64,000 nucleotides of DNA from a virus: the IMG/VR virus record IMGVR_UViG_3300044941_000276, positions 1-64,000 of that record; one strand, given 5' to 3'. Shown piece by piece: positions 31,426-41,149 of the stretch. Below the pieces are notes generated by a model, which saw only the letters and a program-made list of their open reading frames with translations, had not been told where the DNA came from and made no database searches. The translations under genes were made by a program, and so were the position numbers. The first letter of the stretch is position 1; every line of letters starts with the position of its first letter.

Positions 31426-31741
31426 TTTTTATAGTTGATCCAAAATAATACGAAATTATAATACTTCTTTCTGTAAGTAAGTTACTTAAAATCATTGTTA
31501 TAAGAGCCAAAATAGCATTGGCAGCTCCAGGTGATATTGCTGGTACGGTTAATTTAATATCTTGATATTCAAAAGAAAACTTATTAGACCCAGAGAACAT
31601 CAAAGCTAATGATGCAATAAGAATTAAACTCAATATTAGCTTTGTGTTGTTGAATAATTTTAGAGCTATGTTTCTTTTTAATAACCCATTGGTACCTATA
31701 TCAATTTTGTCTTTTCGCTTTATCCACCGCGATAATATCAT
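31361..31741 (-). CDS. Holin-like protein with two TM helices
   Basis: Hydrophobic LILSLILIASLALMF and AANAILALITMILSNLL, then IISYYFGS and a charged C-tail; overlaps the endolysin candidate. Confidence 0.55.
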   Translation of the reverse strand: MILSRWIKRKDKIDIGTNGLLKRNIALKLFNNTKLILSLILIASLALMFSGSNKFSFEYQDIKLTVPAISPGAANAILALITMILSNLLTERSIIISYYFGSTIKNDELENPAGKTDNKQDNTDSK

Positions 31742-32543
31742 TTTCTATTTTTAATTTTAATTGCTCTCCAAAATAAGATAACTCTTGCATTTTACTTAAA
31801 TCATCCATTGCAATATAAGGAATATCTATATCGTAATTCTTATATCCAAATTTACCTTGACATTGTTCTATCACTATATCGTGAGAACTGTCCATAAACG
31901 CACTTATTAATGGAGTACGACCCCATACTAACCATTGTCCAATACCCCAATTCTTTGGTCTAAATGATTCGCTAGTACGACCTGTACCTAAGTTAATGAT
32001 AGTACCATCCCATCCTTCTCTTTCAAACTCTCTTACCAATATCCCCGATGGATTATTAGCATACACACCACCATCAACAAGACACCCTCGGTTCCATTCA
32101 TGACATCCAAAGAATGTTGGTGCAGCACAAGATGCTGCAATAGCATCTATTAAAAGTACATCTTTAAACTGTGGTTTATATGATTTAAAAAGAACTGGTT
32201 CTCCTTTCACTGTATCGTAAGCAGTGAGAATCAATTTGATTTTTAAATCTCCTAATTTTACATCACCTATTACTTTTCTTAATTCTTCATATAAGTTTTG
32301 AGTAGAATATTTAGCACTCAATGTTCCTGGTAGAAACCTTGATTTTTTAAAAGCTGAGGTAGCCAATTGATTATACAGTTGGGTAATCTCAGAAGGTTTC
32401 TTACCAATGGCTAATAACCCAGCAATTATACTTCCTGTAGAAGTACCAGCAACTACATCCCAAGTCTCGTTTTCAAAAGCTTTTAGAGCTACGGTGGTAA
32501 GTAATCCTCTTATACCGCCCCCATTTAATGATAATCCTTTCAT
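31701..32543 (-). CDS. Patatin-like phospholipase
   Basis: LSLNGGGIRG, AGTSTGSIIA (nucleophile Ser), ASCAAPTFF, LVDGGVYANNP. Confidence 0.92.
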   Translation of the reverse strand: MKGLSLNGGGIRGLLTTVALKAFENETWDVVAGTSTGSIIAGLLAIGKKPSEITQLYNQLATSAFKKSRFLPGTLSAKYSTQNLYEELRKVIGDVKLGDLKIKLILTAYDTVKGEPVLFKSYKPQFKDVLLIDAIAASCAAPTFFGCHEWNRGCLVDGGVYANNPSGILVREFEREGWDGTIINLGTGRTSESFRPKNWGIGQWLVWGRTPLISAFMDSSHDIVIEQCQGKFGYKNYDIDIPYIAMDDLSKMQELSYFGEQLKLKIENDIIAVDKAKRQN

Positions 32544-33307
32544 TCTATACCAATGTTAAATCCGTATCTTTTAATGTCTTTAATAATTTGTCTTTTATCG
32601 GCTTCCGAGTTTTTTCTAATTTCTCTTAATGTTTTTAACACTTCTTTTTCTCTTACTTCTAATATTTGTAAAGTACGATTATTCAATTCGTTTGCTTGTT
32701 TTATAGCCTCTAGCATTTGAATTTTAACTTCGTTTTGTTCAACTATAAACTCGGACATGCGTTTTCTATCCTTTTCGTACTCTCCAATATAATAGTCTTT
32801 AATTAAATTTGATATCAGTCCTAAAAATACAATAAAACCAAATAATATTTGTATTATTCTAGAAGATAATATCGACCAAAGTCTTATGTTTTTCATAAGA
32901 AGATATTTTCTACTTTTTTCTAATTCTTTCAACTCTTCATTTTTTTCTTTGTAGTTTTTTAAAAGTCTTCTTACTTGCGTTACATCAACAAATAATATGA
33001 AATATGCAGCGCTGTTAACTATCTGTGTTTTTATAATCACGTCACCTATTTCAGATTCGTAGCTATATACTTGTGTTTCACGAGTTTTTTCTACAATGTC
33101 AAGAAAAGTATTATACAAATCTCGAGGATAATCTTTTATATTTTCTAAATTATCAGGTGATATTTTAAAGTAATTTAATAAGAATATTCTGTATGCAATA
33201 TTCCAATAAAGAACGTCGTATGTTTCCTTATCTACTAAAAGAATAGGATTGGGATTATCGTTTAACGAACGCTCAAATATTTCGATATCTTTAACTCTAC
33301 TGTACAT
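32540..33307 (-). CDS. PAS-like domain + single TM + coiled-coil protein
   Basis: FERSLNDNPNPILLVDKETYDVLYWNIAY and FILFVDVTQVRR match PAS entry and exit (DxT) patterns; TM IIQILFGFIVFLGLISNLI; C-terminal heptads. Confidence 0.55.
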   Translation of the reverse strand: MYSRVKDIEIFERSLNDNPNPILLVDKETYDVLYWNIAYRIFLLNYFKISPDNLENIKDYPRDLYNTFLDIVEKTRETQVYSYESEIGDVIIKTQIVNSAAYFILFVDVTQVRRLLKNYKEKNEELKELEKSRKYLLMKNIRLWSILSSRIIQILFGFIVFLGLISNLIKDYYIGEYEKDRKRMSEFIVEQNEVKIQMLEAIKQANELNNRTLQILEVREKEVLKTLREIRKNSEADKRQIIKDIKRYGFNIGIE

Positions 33308-33726
33308 TAAATTCGAGTTTCAAAGTTATTATCTTCTAAGGCTTGATTAATATAATTAACCTCTTCTTGGCTAAACGGCTCATTCATAACAGGTAACAAC
33401 ATACTTAAAGCAAGTTGTAAGGCTTGTTCTGATGCGCCTGTTGTTTTGCCATCAGATAACACCCGCAACAAAAACATAGCCGCGTTGCCTGTTGAATTTA
33501 AAACCTTAGATACTATACCAAAGTTTTTATACAATTCTCTTTCAAGATTTAACCAATTATCACTTGTTAATTCTGGTCTTGGGGGTACGTATTCTTCATA
33601 CTCTTGCTCTACTTGCCTAACACTCATATTATTCTGTTGCGCATAACTGGTTGCATCAGCTTCTTGTAAAAATTGCGCAATGAAAGTATTATCTTCATTA
33701 TGCACTTCGTAAATTGTCCGTATCAT
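33307..33726 (-). CDS. Small acidic protein, possible tail-fibre assembly chaperone
   Basis: Translationally coupled downstream of a fibre gene; function inferred from position. Confidence 0.45.
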   Translation of the reverse strand: MIRTIYEVHNEDNTFIAQFLQEADATSYAQQNNMSVRQVEQEYEEYVPPRPELTSDNWLNLERELYKNFGIVSKVLNSTGNAAMFLLRVLSDGKTTGASEQALQLALSMLLPVMNEPFSQEEVNYINQALEDNNFETRI

Positions 33727-36617
33727 CGATTTGTTGTTTTTATAATAGCACTAAAATAATCTATATCTAAATTGCGTACAGCACCTGTTGTTGTTGTAAT
33801 TAAATTACCAAAGTGTAATAAGTCAGTACCATCTGGAATATTAGTTGTTATTGTAGCAACCAACTGATCATCTATTTTATATTTAATAGTATCACCATGT
33901 TTTTTAATTTCAAGTTTATAATATTGATTCTGTACCACTGGAATAAGTGTATCTACTTTTGTTTGAATACCATTATTTCTAGAAACAGCTTGCCAAGTAG
34001 TATCTGATTCTGTTTTTTCAAAATAAAAACTATGAGCGGGGTTAAGCGCGCCCCAGTTTGAAGAAGCTCCTATTTGAATTACAGTTGTAGCAACATCATC
34101 TACTAATCTCACTATCCATATATTAGATACATAATCGTTGTATGAAAAATTAGGAGCGTTAGTAGCACGACCCATATAAAATGAACATATTTGATTAGCT
34201 GTTGTACCGCTTGCTCTTCTGACAACCCCGGGTCTTCCTGTTTCAGCTGCGTTAGTGTTTGACATGGAACCGTTAGTAAATTGCCAATTGTATTGTCCAA
34301 TTTCACCTGTCTCAATACCACCTACCATGAAATCATCAGATAATACTTTAATTGTGTTAGGTGAATATCCATCAGAAGTACTTACTAACCCTGTGTTATT
34401 CTCTAAAATCCAAAATGTAGTGTCATCTTCAATTCCAACAATTCGATTTGTTGGTGATGCAAGACCTGAAAAGATATTATCAGTAATATGTCCACCGCCT
34501 TGAGTGGTAAAGACAACGTTAGGGTTAATTTCAATACCTATATTATTAACTCTAAAATCATTATCTGATATTTTAACAGTTCTAAATGTGCCAGAAGGAA
34601 TGTATAATATTCTTGCTGCGGTTTCATTAGCAAAATAGTTAGTCGATATACCTAAGTTTCTTACTTGTCCACTTATGGTCAAACCTCCTGACATATTAAC
34701 CGAGCATATATTATTATTGAAAGCTATAATGTTTCCTCCTTGAACAGTACCTATGCTACCCGATCCAATAATACACTCACGTATTTGCAAACTATCTAAA
34801 CCCTCTCTACCAATGAACTGTATTAAAGATCCGTTACTGTGAGATGTAAATATATTAGATATCGTAAGAGTTTGGTTTATTGATACTATTGCAGAGCCTG
34901 TTCCGGTGTAAATAATACCATCATCGGACTTATCATATCCTAATATAGTATTACTCTCATCAGCAATTATTTGACTATCGCCTAAATATATCAATCCTTT
35001 TAATATATAAGTGACTCTTGGTTTAAGTTTATAATTATTACCAACTCTTGGAAGTTGATTACCATTGGTTATTTCTTGTACTTTATCGGTAACATTTATT
35101 TTCTTATAACTTTTTACACCTTGTAGGGTTGATTTAATGATGACTTCGTTATCATAATATCTTCTTTTTAATATGTTGGGTGCGTGATGAATGTAAATAT
35201 TGGCTATTTTATGGTGACTTGTTGCATCAGGGTGTATGTTATCGGTATTTACTACATCAACTTGAGGTAACAATACATATTGGTTATAAGCCAACGTTAA
35301 ATAATTATTAAAAGGGTTTACATCTATAACACCCTCGTTTAATAACAAAGAAGGATATACTCGTACTCCCGACGCTGTTATAGTTGCGTATAGAGTATCG
35401 TAATTAATTTGAATATTAGGATTATTAAATCTTACGTCATTTGAACCAAGTGCTATGATAGCAGTAAGAGGTCGAGATTCAGGAATATTAATATTAAAAT
35501 ATCTTGAATTGTTTACAACCATCTGCAAATCAGATGCTGTGTTAGCAATACCTGATAGGACTACAGTTCTTGGATTATAGGTTTTAATAATACTCGTCCA
35601 TCTATTAGAAAAACTACCGCTATTATAACCCTTTACTTTACTATCACCAATTATAATCAAATCAGGTTTTTCAACTTCATTCACTTGATAAGAAAACTCA
35701 TAGATTTCAAAACTACCACCAAAAATCCATAAAGCTGGTGATCCCATATTAGGTAAAAAATAAGGATGACCAGTGGTCAATGGAAATGAGTATTGTACGG
35801 AACATTGATTATCAGTAGTCTCATTAAGCGATGTTACAGTAAACACTTGATCTCTTAACGATACTTCTACAGAAATCACATCGTTGTTTGATATTGGTAT
35901 AGTATTGGCTCCGCTGTCTGCAATGTTTACGTTAAAGTTACCATTTTGATTATGGGATATTATAGATCTTCCCAAAAAAGGATCAGCAGCTGTACCTACT
36001 CTACCTAATAATGAGTATTTTTCTACTTGACTCATGCTTTTTAATCCTACACCTATTCCAAATGTATTACCGCCTGGTGTAAAATTAACTCTTGCTCTTA
36101 CTTTAACACGCCATCGATCACTTGCTATATATTTGTCAAGTAGATTTAAATTAGCTACACTTTGATTCAAATTAAAAGAAGCGTGATTGTTTGTAATAGT
36201 CACTGTATTACCGGTAACTTGCCAACCATTGACCGTTTGATCAGTTAACATACTTGTTAAGTCACCGCCAACAACATTAACAGGTGAACACAGATTGTTT
36301 TCATCAAATCCTGAGCTGTATTGGTTGTCATCTATTGGATAGTATACATTTCCTAATCCGTCCCTGATTAAATCATCGTTTACTACTTCAGGAAGTGGCG
36401 AATAACTTTCAAAAACATCAGTGGCGTTATTAGATTTCAGTAGTTGATAATTACCTCCTGTCCAATAGTAATTTTGATTACTTGATGCGTCTATATATAT
36501 CTTCCCCGACTCTCCAGGTATTGGAAACTGGTTAATATCGGGGTAGGTGAATACTTCTTCATTTGCTTCACTTGCAAAATCAAGATTTCCAGTGAAAGGA
36601 TTAAATTTATACGCCAT
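33723..36617 (-). CDS. Tail fibre/spike with lectin-like domains, SGNH esterase and beta-helix-like segment (964 aa)
   Basis: SGNH blocks IIIGDSK, IALGSNDV, DNIHPD; N/I/S-rich repeats; C-terminal ConA-like pattern (YYKLEIK...YKIDDQLVATITTNIP...LDIDYF). Confidence 0.7.
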   Translation of the reverse strand: MAYKFNPFTGNLDFASEANEEVFTYPDINQFPIPGESGKIYIDASSNQNYYWTGGNYQLLKSNNATDVFESYSPLPEVVNDDLIRDGLGNVYYPIDDNQYSSGFDENNLCSPVNVVGGDLTSMLTDQTVNGWQVTGNTVTITNNHASFNLNQSVANLNLLDKYIASDRWRVKVRARVNFTPGGNTFGIGVGLKSMSQVEKYSLLGRVGTAADPFLGRSIISHNQNGNFNVNIADSGANTIPISNNDVISVEVSLRDQVFTVTSLNETTDNQCSVQYSFPLTTGHPYFLPNMGSPALWIFGGSFEIYEFSYQVNEVEKPDLIIIGDSKVKGYNSGSFSNRWTSIIKTYNPRTVVLSGIANTASDLQMVVNNSRYFNINIPESRPLTAIIALGSNDVRFNNPNIQINYDTLYATITASGVRVYPSLLLNEGVIDVNPFNNYLTLAYNQYVLLPQVDVVNTDNIHPDATSHHKIANIYIHHAPNILKRRYYDNEVIIKSTLQGVKSYKKINVTDKVQEITNGNQLPRVGNNYKLKPRVTYILKGLIYLGDSQIIADESNTILGYDKSDDGIIYTGTGSAIVSINQTLTISNIFTSHSNGSLIQFIGREGLDSLQIRECIIGSGSIGTVQGGNIIAFNNNICSVNMSGGLTISGQVRNLGISTNYFANETAARILYIPSGTFRTVKISDNDFRVNNIGIEINPNVVFTTQGGGHITDNIFSGLASPTNRIVGIEDDTTFWILENNTGLVSTSDGYSPNTIKVLSDDFMVGGIETGEIGQYNWQFTNGSMSNTNAAETGRPGVVRRASGTTANQICSFYMGRATNAPNFSYNDYVSNIWIVRLVDDVATTVIQIGASSNWGALNPAHSFYFEKTESDTTWQAVSRNNGIQTKVDTLIPVVQNQYYKLEIKKHGDTIKYKIDDQLVATITTNIPDGTDLLHFGNLITTTTGAVRNLDIDYFSAIIKTTNR

Positions 36618-36621
36618 AATA

Positions 36622-36945
36622 TTAATTGTTTAAAGTTGCAAAAAAACCAAGAGTTTTTGATAAATTAGACTCAGGGTTATTTAATAACAGCGATGCTTGT
36701 TGAGCCAATAAAGTTCTAATTGCTTGTCCAGCCTCACTATTATACCAATTGTTAAAATCTTCACCAGTATCGTTACCAGTAACCAGTTCTGTTTTTATTA
36801 CATTATTATCTTGATCTACTATCTCAAGTAACCAAGGTGTTGTAATAATAGGTTGTTGTGTACCTATATACAACTCATTTAATACAAGATTTACTTGAAA
36901 GCCTTGTATAGTAGTAGCTATGTTATTTATTCTTACTAAGTTCAT
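36622..36945 (-). CDS. Small hypothetical protein downstream of tail fibre
   Basis: 107-aa ORF tightly packed between two fibre genes. Confidence 0.55.
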   Translation of the reverse strand: MNLVRINNIATTIQGFQVNLVLNELYIGTQQPIITTPWLLEIVDQDNNVIKTELVTGNDTGEDFNNWYNSEAGQAIRTLLAQQASLLLNNPESNLSKTLGFFATLNN

Positions 36946-36965
36946 AGTTTTATTTTTTTTAAAAA

Positions 36966-39900
36966 TTAATGTAAATTAACCCATCCTGAATTGGTATAAC
37001 CTTGAAATTTGTTATCTGTAGTGTTGTAAATCATCATTCCAATATCAGTTGTAGCGTTCCAAGCCACAGCATTTCTTTCGGCAGTTGTAAGACGTGGTAA
37101 TTGGAAACCGCGATTAGTTGAATTTACTTCTAGTTGTGCACGCGGATTAATACTTGTAATATTACCAACTATTATTCGCGGTATTGATAAAAAACCATTA
37201 GTTCCAAACTCCAACCATCCATTATCGTATAATTGCATTAATAATGTACCAGCTGAATTTTCCAATCTTTGTGTGATTGTACCTTGTGTTGCACCGAAAC
37301 CCCGAATAAAAACGCGAACACCTGATAATGTCAATGTTGTACCAAAACTAAATCGGCCATCGTTGCTAATGGCTTGTCTTATAATGTTGTTAGTTTTAAA
37401 CATTAAGGCCGTGTTCTCAATAGAGCCAATAATTATGCTTGTGGTTGGGCCAAAATTGTTACCGTTTTGTAAGATTGCATTAGTTATATTAAAAGTAGTC
37501 AATGTAGCTGATAGGTTACCGCTAGAATCAGCAACAACAATACGATTACCTGATCCTGCAAGATTGGCTATATTAACACCTCCGCCTGAATTTATTGTAA
37601 TTCGTGGAGTGTTATTGGTTTCTATAATTACAGGATGGTTATCATTGCTTCCGATTGTTATAGTTGTACCAAAACTGTTACCGTTTTGCAGAATAGAATT
37701 TGTTATGTTAGTTATACTTGTAACATCTATCGTAGCAGACAAATCACCGCTATCATTAGCTACAACAACTCTATTGCCAACTCCTGAAAGATTTCCAACA
37801 TTAACGTTACCACCAGAACCCACTGTAAAACGCGGAATATTGTTAGTTTTAATGATTACAGATTGTGAATCATTAGAACCAATAACTACATTGGTTCCGA
37901 AACTATTTCCATTTTGAAGTATAACTTGGTTAAGATCAACAGTGGTGTTGATGCTCATTGAGTTGTTAGTGTCATCGTAACTGACTGTAACTCCACTATG
38001 ACTACCAGCGGCAAATAATTGTCCAACAATGTCTTGTATAAACTCTGCGTCAACAGGAATTTGGGTATTTTCAATTAATATCTCGCCCGATATATCGTTA
38101 TAAGTTACACTGATACCTGTACCTGCTGTTAATGAAGCGCCTACAACATCTTGAACGGCTTCTTCAAAGTCTGTTATATCGTTGGATACGTGAGTATGGT
38201 TAATATCGGCTTTATTATTCAAAGCAGGTTGTAAACCTACTATATCAGATATACCGTGGGTGTGTATTGTTAATTGAGAATTTGGTAATCTTCCTGATGA
38301 ATCAAGACTTGCATAACCATTGGGTTGTCCTTTTTGGGATGTCAACTGATAATTAGATAACAAATTAATCAAGTCAAGTTGATTAATTATGTTACCGTTT
38401 ATCTGACCCCATACAGCATTAGGGGCTGTTAGTGTAGTAGTCGTAACGCCTGTTACTATACCTCTATCATTTACAGTGATAACAGGAATAAGTGTAGAGC
38501 TACCATAAGTTCCAGGTGTTACGGTAGATATAGGTAAATCATTATTTACAAGTGCTCTAAATAAAGGTTGATTTGAAGGTGGACTTATAGGGCCAGCAAA
38601 TACAGTGTTAGGTGTTTGATTACCAAATGTAGGTGTTACAACAGCAAATTGTCCATCTCCTCTTAAAAATGTATTGGGTTGAGGATTAACACCTAATCTT
38701 GCTACATTGATTATACCTGTGGTTATATGACTACCATCATGATTGTGAACAGGTATGTCACTTGAAGATAAAAATGTACCTGTTACAATTCTACCTTTAC
38801 TGTCTACCGATACTTTTGTATAAGTACCTGCTGTAACCCCTGTGGGTTGTAATACCGCATCGATTTGATTTAATGTATCGTTGTATCTAAATTCAATTTC
38901 TGATGAATCGATTAATGCGTTGCCCACTGCATCTTGCGCAGCTTCTGTAAAGTCGGTTACTTGAGAAGCGTTTATTGTTGCTGCTGCCCAATTAATATTA
39001 ACCAATCCTACATTAACTACTCTTCCTTTTACGTCGGTAGTGATAACAGGTATGGTCGATCCATCGCCATATGTACCTAAGGTTCCAACATTTGTAAGAT
39101 CTGCTAATATTTGATTAGTTACAGGATTCCAAGTTAAAGCTATGTTAGATGTATTTCCAACACTTGTAGATAAAACGTTCCTGACACCAGTTACAAAATC
39201 AGCTATCTGTGCTGTAACAATATTAATATTAACATTACTCGCAGCTGTTAATCTACCTTGTGAGTTCACTGTAAAAGTTGGTATGGTTGATTGACTTCCA
39301 TAAGTACCACTTGTTACAGGCGTATTGGGTATTTCAATTGTTGTTAATCCGCTGGGGTCATCATAACTTATATTTAAAGTTGTTGAATTTAAAGATGTTC
39401 CAATAATATCTTGTACATCTTCAATGAAGTTAGGATTACCTGTTATAGATGTAGTGGTTATAGACGTTACTCTACCATATTGATCTATTGTTATGATTGG
39501 AAAGTTAGAACTATTACCATAAGTGCCAGCTGTTGTCAATGTAGGCAAATCTATCGTTCCACCGGTTACATCCAATGTACTCGATGTGATAATAGTTGGA
39601 AAATTATTGGTTATGTATGATACTAGATCACCAACTTGACTTGCTGATATCTGTATTGGTTGCGATGTTACATTTGTAACTCTACCTCTATCATCAGTGG
39701 TTATCGTTAATGTTTGATCAACATCTCCCACAGTGGTTGCTGTACCAATAACTGGTAATGAAAAAGTAAGCGATGTGGTATTATCAGTAATAGTTATACT
39801 ACCATCACTCAATAACCGATTGAACAGTTGAGGTACAAGGGTATCACCAAAGTCAGTTGATTGTAAAAAGTTAAATAATTTTAATGGTGTTACAGCTGCA

Positions 39901-40235
39901 TCGTCCACAGAACCCTGTTCTGTTTCTGCAATGGTTGCCACTCTTATACTACCATATATAATTTCAGTGGCCAAAGGTATTGTTACAGTACCATTGGGGA
40001 TAATTTCCCAACCATTAACTGTATATAAAACAATATCACCTATGACAACAGGTTCACCACCAACAGTACCGTCATTATCAGCTACTAACCACGCTTGGTT
40101 AGGTAAAGGTGTAGGTGTTGGAAACCCAGGGTTTAAATTTGCGTTTCTAATTACACCTACAAATTGTATACCTGTGATTAAACCTGATACACGGTCTAAG
40201 TTTTCTACGAAAGGGTTAAATATATACTGACTCAT
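36966..40235 (-). CDS. Long tail fibre protein (1089 aa)
   Basis: T/G/N/V-rich; repeated GTYG...P.(I/F)T.(D/N)..GR units, HxH motifs (HNHD, HTHG, HTHV), three ILQNGN.FG units, C-terminal STNRGFQLPRLTTAER...GMMIYNTTD typical of Bacteroidota phage fibres. Confidence 0.8.
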   Translation of the reverse strand: MSQYIFNPFVENLDRVSGLITGIQFVGVIRNANLNPGFPTPTPLPNQAWLVADNDGTVGGEPVVIGDIVLYTVNGWEIIPNGTVTIPLATEIIYGSIRVATIAETEQGSVDDAAVTPLKLFNFLQSTDFGDTLVPQLFNRLLSDGSITITDNTTSLTFSLPVIGTATTVGDVDQTLTITTDDRGRVTNVTSQPIQISASQVGDLVSYITNNFPTIITSSTLDVTGGTIDLPTLTTAGTYGNSSNFPIITIDQYGRVTSITTTSITGNPNFIEDVQDIIGTSLNSTTLNISYDDPSGLTTIEIPNTPVTSGTYGSQSTIPTFTVNSQGRLTAASNVNINIVTAQIADFVTGVRNVLSTSVGNTSNIALTWNPVTNQILADLTNVGTLGTYGDGSTIPVITTDVKGRVVNVGLVNINWAAATINASQVTDFTEAAQDAVGNALIDSSEIEFRYNDTLNQIDAVLQPTGVTAGTYTKVSVDSKGRIVTGTFLSSSDIPVHNHDGSHITTGIINVARLGVNPQPNTFLRGDGQFAVVTPTFGNQTPNTVFAGPISPPSNQPLFRALVNNDLPISTVTPGTYGSSTLIPVITVNDRGIVTGVTTTTLTAPNAVWGQINGNIINQLDLINLLSNYQLTSQKGQPNGYASLDSSGRLPNSQLTIHTHGISDIVGLQPALNNKADINHTHVSNDITDFEEAVQDVVGASLTAGTGISVTYNDISGEILIENTQIPVDAEFIQDIVGQLFAAGSHSGVTVSYDDTNNSMSINTTVDLNQVILQNGNSFGTNVVIGSNDSQSVIIKTNNIPRFTVGSGGNVNVGNLSGVGNRVVVANDSGDLSATIDVTSITNITNSILQNGNSFGTTITIGSNDNHPVIIETNNTPRITINSGGGVNIANLAGSGNRIVVADSSGNLSATLTTFNITNAILQNGNNFGPTTSIIIGSIENTALMFKTNNIIRQAISNDGRFSFGTTLTLSGVRVFIRGFGATQGTITQRLENSAGTLLMQLYDNGWLEFGTNGFLSIPRIIVGNITSINPRAQLEVNSTNRGFQLPRLTTAERNAVAWNATTDIGMMIYNTTDNKFQGYTNSGWVNLH
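37270..37925 (-). repeat. Three ~69-aa internal repeats (ILQNGNSFG...IGSND...TNN.PR) in the fibre
   Basis: Three copies in the translation; the DNA copies are similar but diverged. Confidence 0.75.
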
Positions 40236-40318
40236 AATCTTATTATTTGATATCGAATATAAAAAAAAGTTACAAGGATGTTTACCTTGTAACTTTTAAA
40301 TCCAAAATGTTTATTTGG

Positions 40319-40786
40319 TTATGAATAAACAAGTGAAAGATAATTATTAAATACAAAGTTTGGTAGGAGAGTCCCTCCTGCATATGTTGTAGTAACATTA
40401 CCTGACGCTGTTTCGACTGTTCTAGCAACTCTCCAACCTGTAGATCCTGGGGCAGTTCCAGGTAAAGCCCAGCCTCTATAATAAGTAACATCTCCTACAT
40501 TTGGCGTATCGGCTAATCTAATAACTCTAAGTAATTCTAAAGGATCAGTAGATACATGAAGTCTACCTGTATTATCAGTCTTAAGAGGCTGATAATTATT
40601 ATCACCAGACGTTGTAACAGTAGGTATAGTTGAACGTACGGTAAATATGGGTACGCCCGTATCACTTATTGTAGATGGAGTGTTACCTGATTTTATAAGA
40701 TTTTCGAGTATCGAAGATACATTACCACTTTTTAATTGAAGTTCAAGTAATATATCTATTACCCGTTGAGCGTTAAATTCTGTCAT
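40319..40786 (-). CDS. Putative tail/virion protein (155 aa)
   Basis: T/G-rich, TYYRGWALPG...WRVAR; directly upstream of the fibre gene. Confidence 0.5.
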   Translation of the reverse strand: MTEFNAQRVIDILLELQLKSGNVSSILENLIKSGNTPSTISDTGVPIFTVRSTIPTVTTSGDNNYQPLKTDNTGRLHVSTDPLELLRVIRLADTPNVGDVTYYRGWALPGTAPGSTGWRVARTVETASGNVTTTYAGGTLLPNFVFNNYLSLVYS

Positions 40787-40800
40787 GATTATTTAAGAAA

Positions 40801-41127
40801 TTAATCTTGATAGTCCATGTAGTCATAATCTACTTTTCCTCCCATACCCATGGCGGGCTGTTCTTCTTGAGCAGCGGGTTCTCGTTTACTTGAAGTTTGT
40901 CCAGCTTGACCTTGTACAAATTCTACAAGCATTTCACAAGCTTCCATTGCCAAGTCGCTATTCTTTTCTTCTACAGCTTGCATTGCCATCATTACAATGT
41001 CTTCCATAGGATTTTTTTCAGTATCGGGAGTACCTTCTTCAAGAGGCATTAAAGCTCCACCACTTTGATATAAACCAAGTACATGAAGAGGTACATATGG
41101 CGCTTGATCGTTATTTTTTACAAACAT
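40801..41127 (-). CDS. Small acidic protein with GG motifs (~108 aa)
   Basis: Likely start ATG 41127 (MFVKNND); LYQSGGAL, AMGMGGKV, helical MAMQAVEEKNSDLAMEACEML. Confidence 0.6.
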   Translation of the reverse strand: MFVKNNDQAPYVPLHVLGLYQSGGALMPLEEGTPDTEKNPMEDIVMMAMQAVEEKNSDLAMEACEMLVEFVQGQAGQTSSKREPAAQEEQPAMGMGGKVDYDYMDYQD

Positions 41128-41149
41128 GTTTATAATTGATTTTATTTTA

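Noticed and set aside
31701-32543. Complete CBASS system
   Set aside because: No CD-NTase or Cap2/Cap3 genes nearby; the context is lysis-like.
33723-40235. Diversity-generating retroelement or CRISPR array behind the fibre repeats
   Set aside because: The repeats are in-frame protein repeats; no reverse transcriptase, adenine-specific TR/VR pair or repeat-spacer array was seen.
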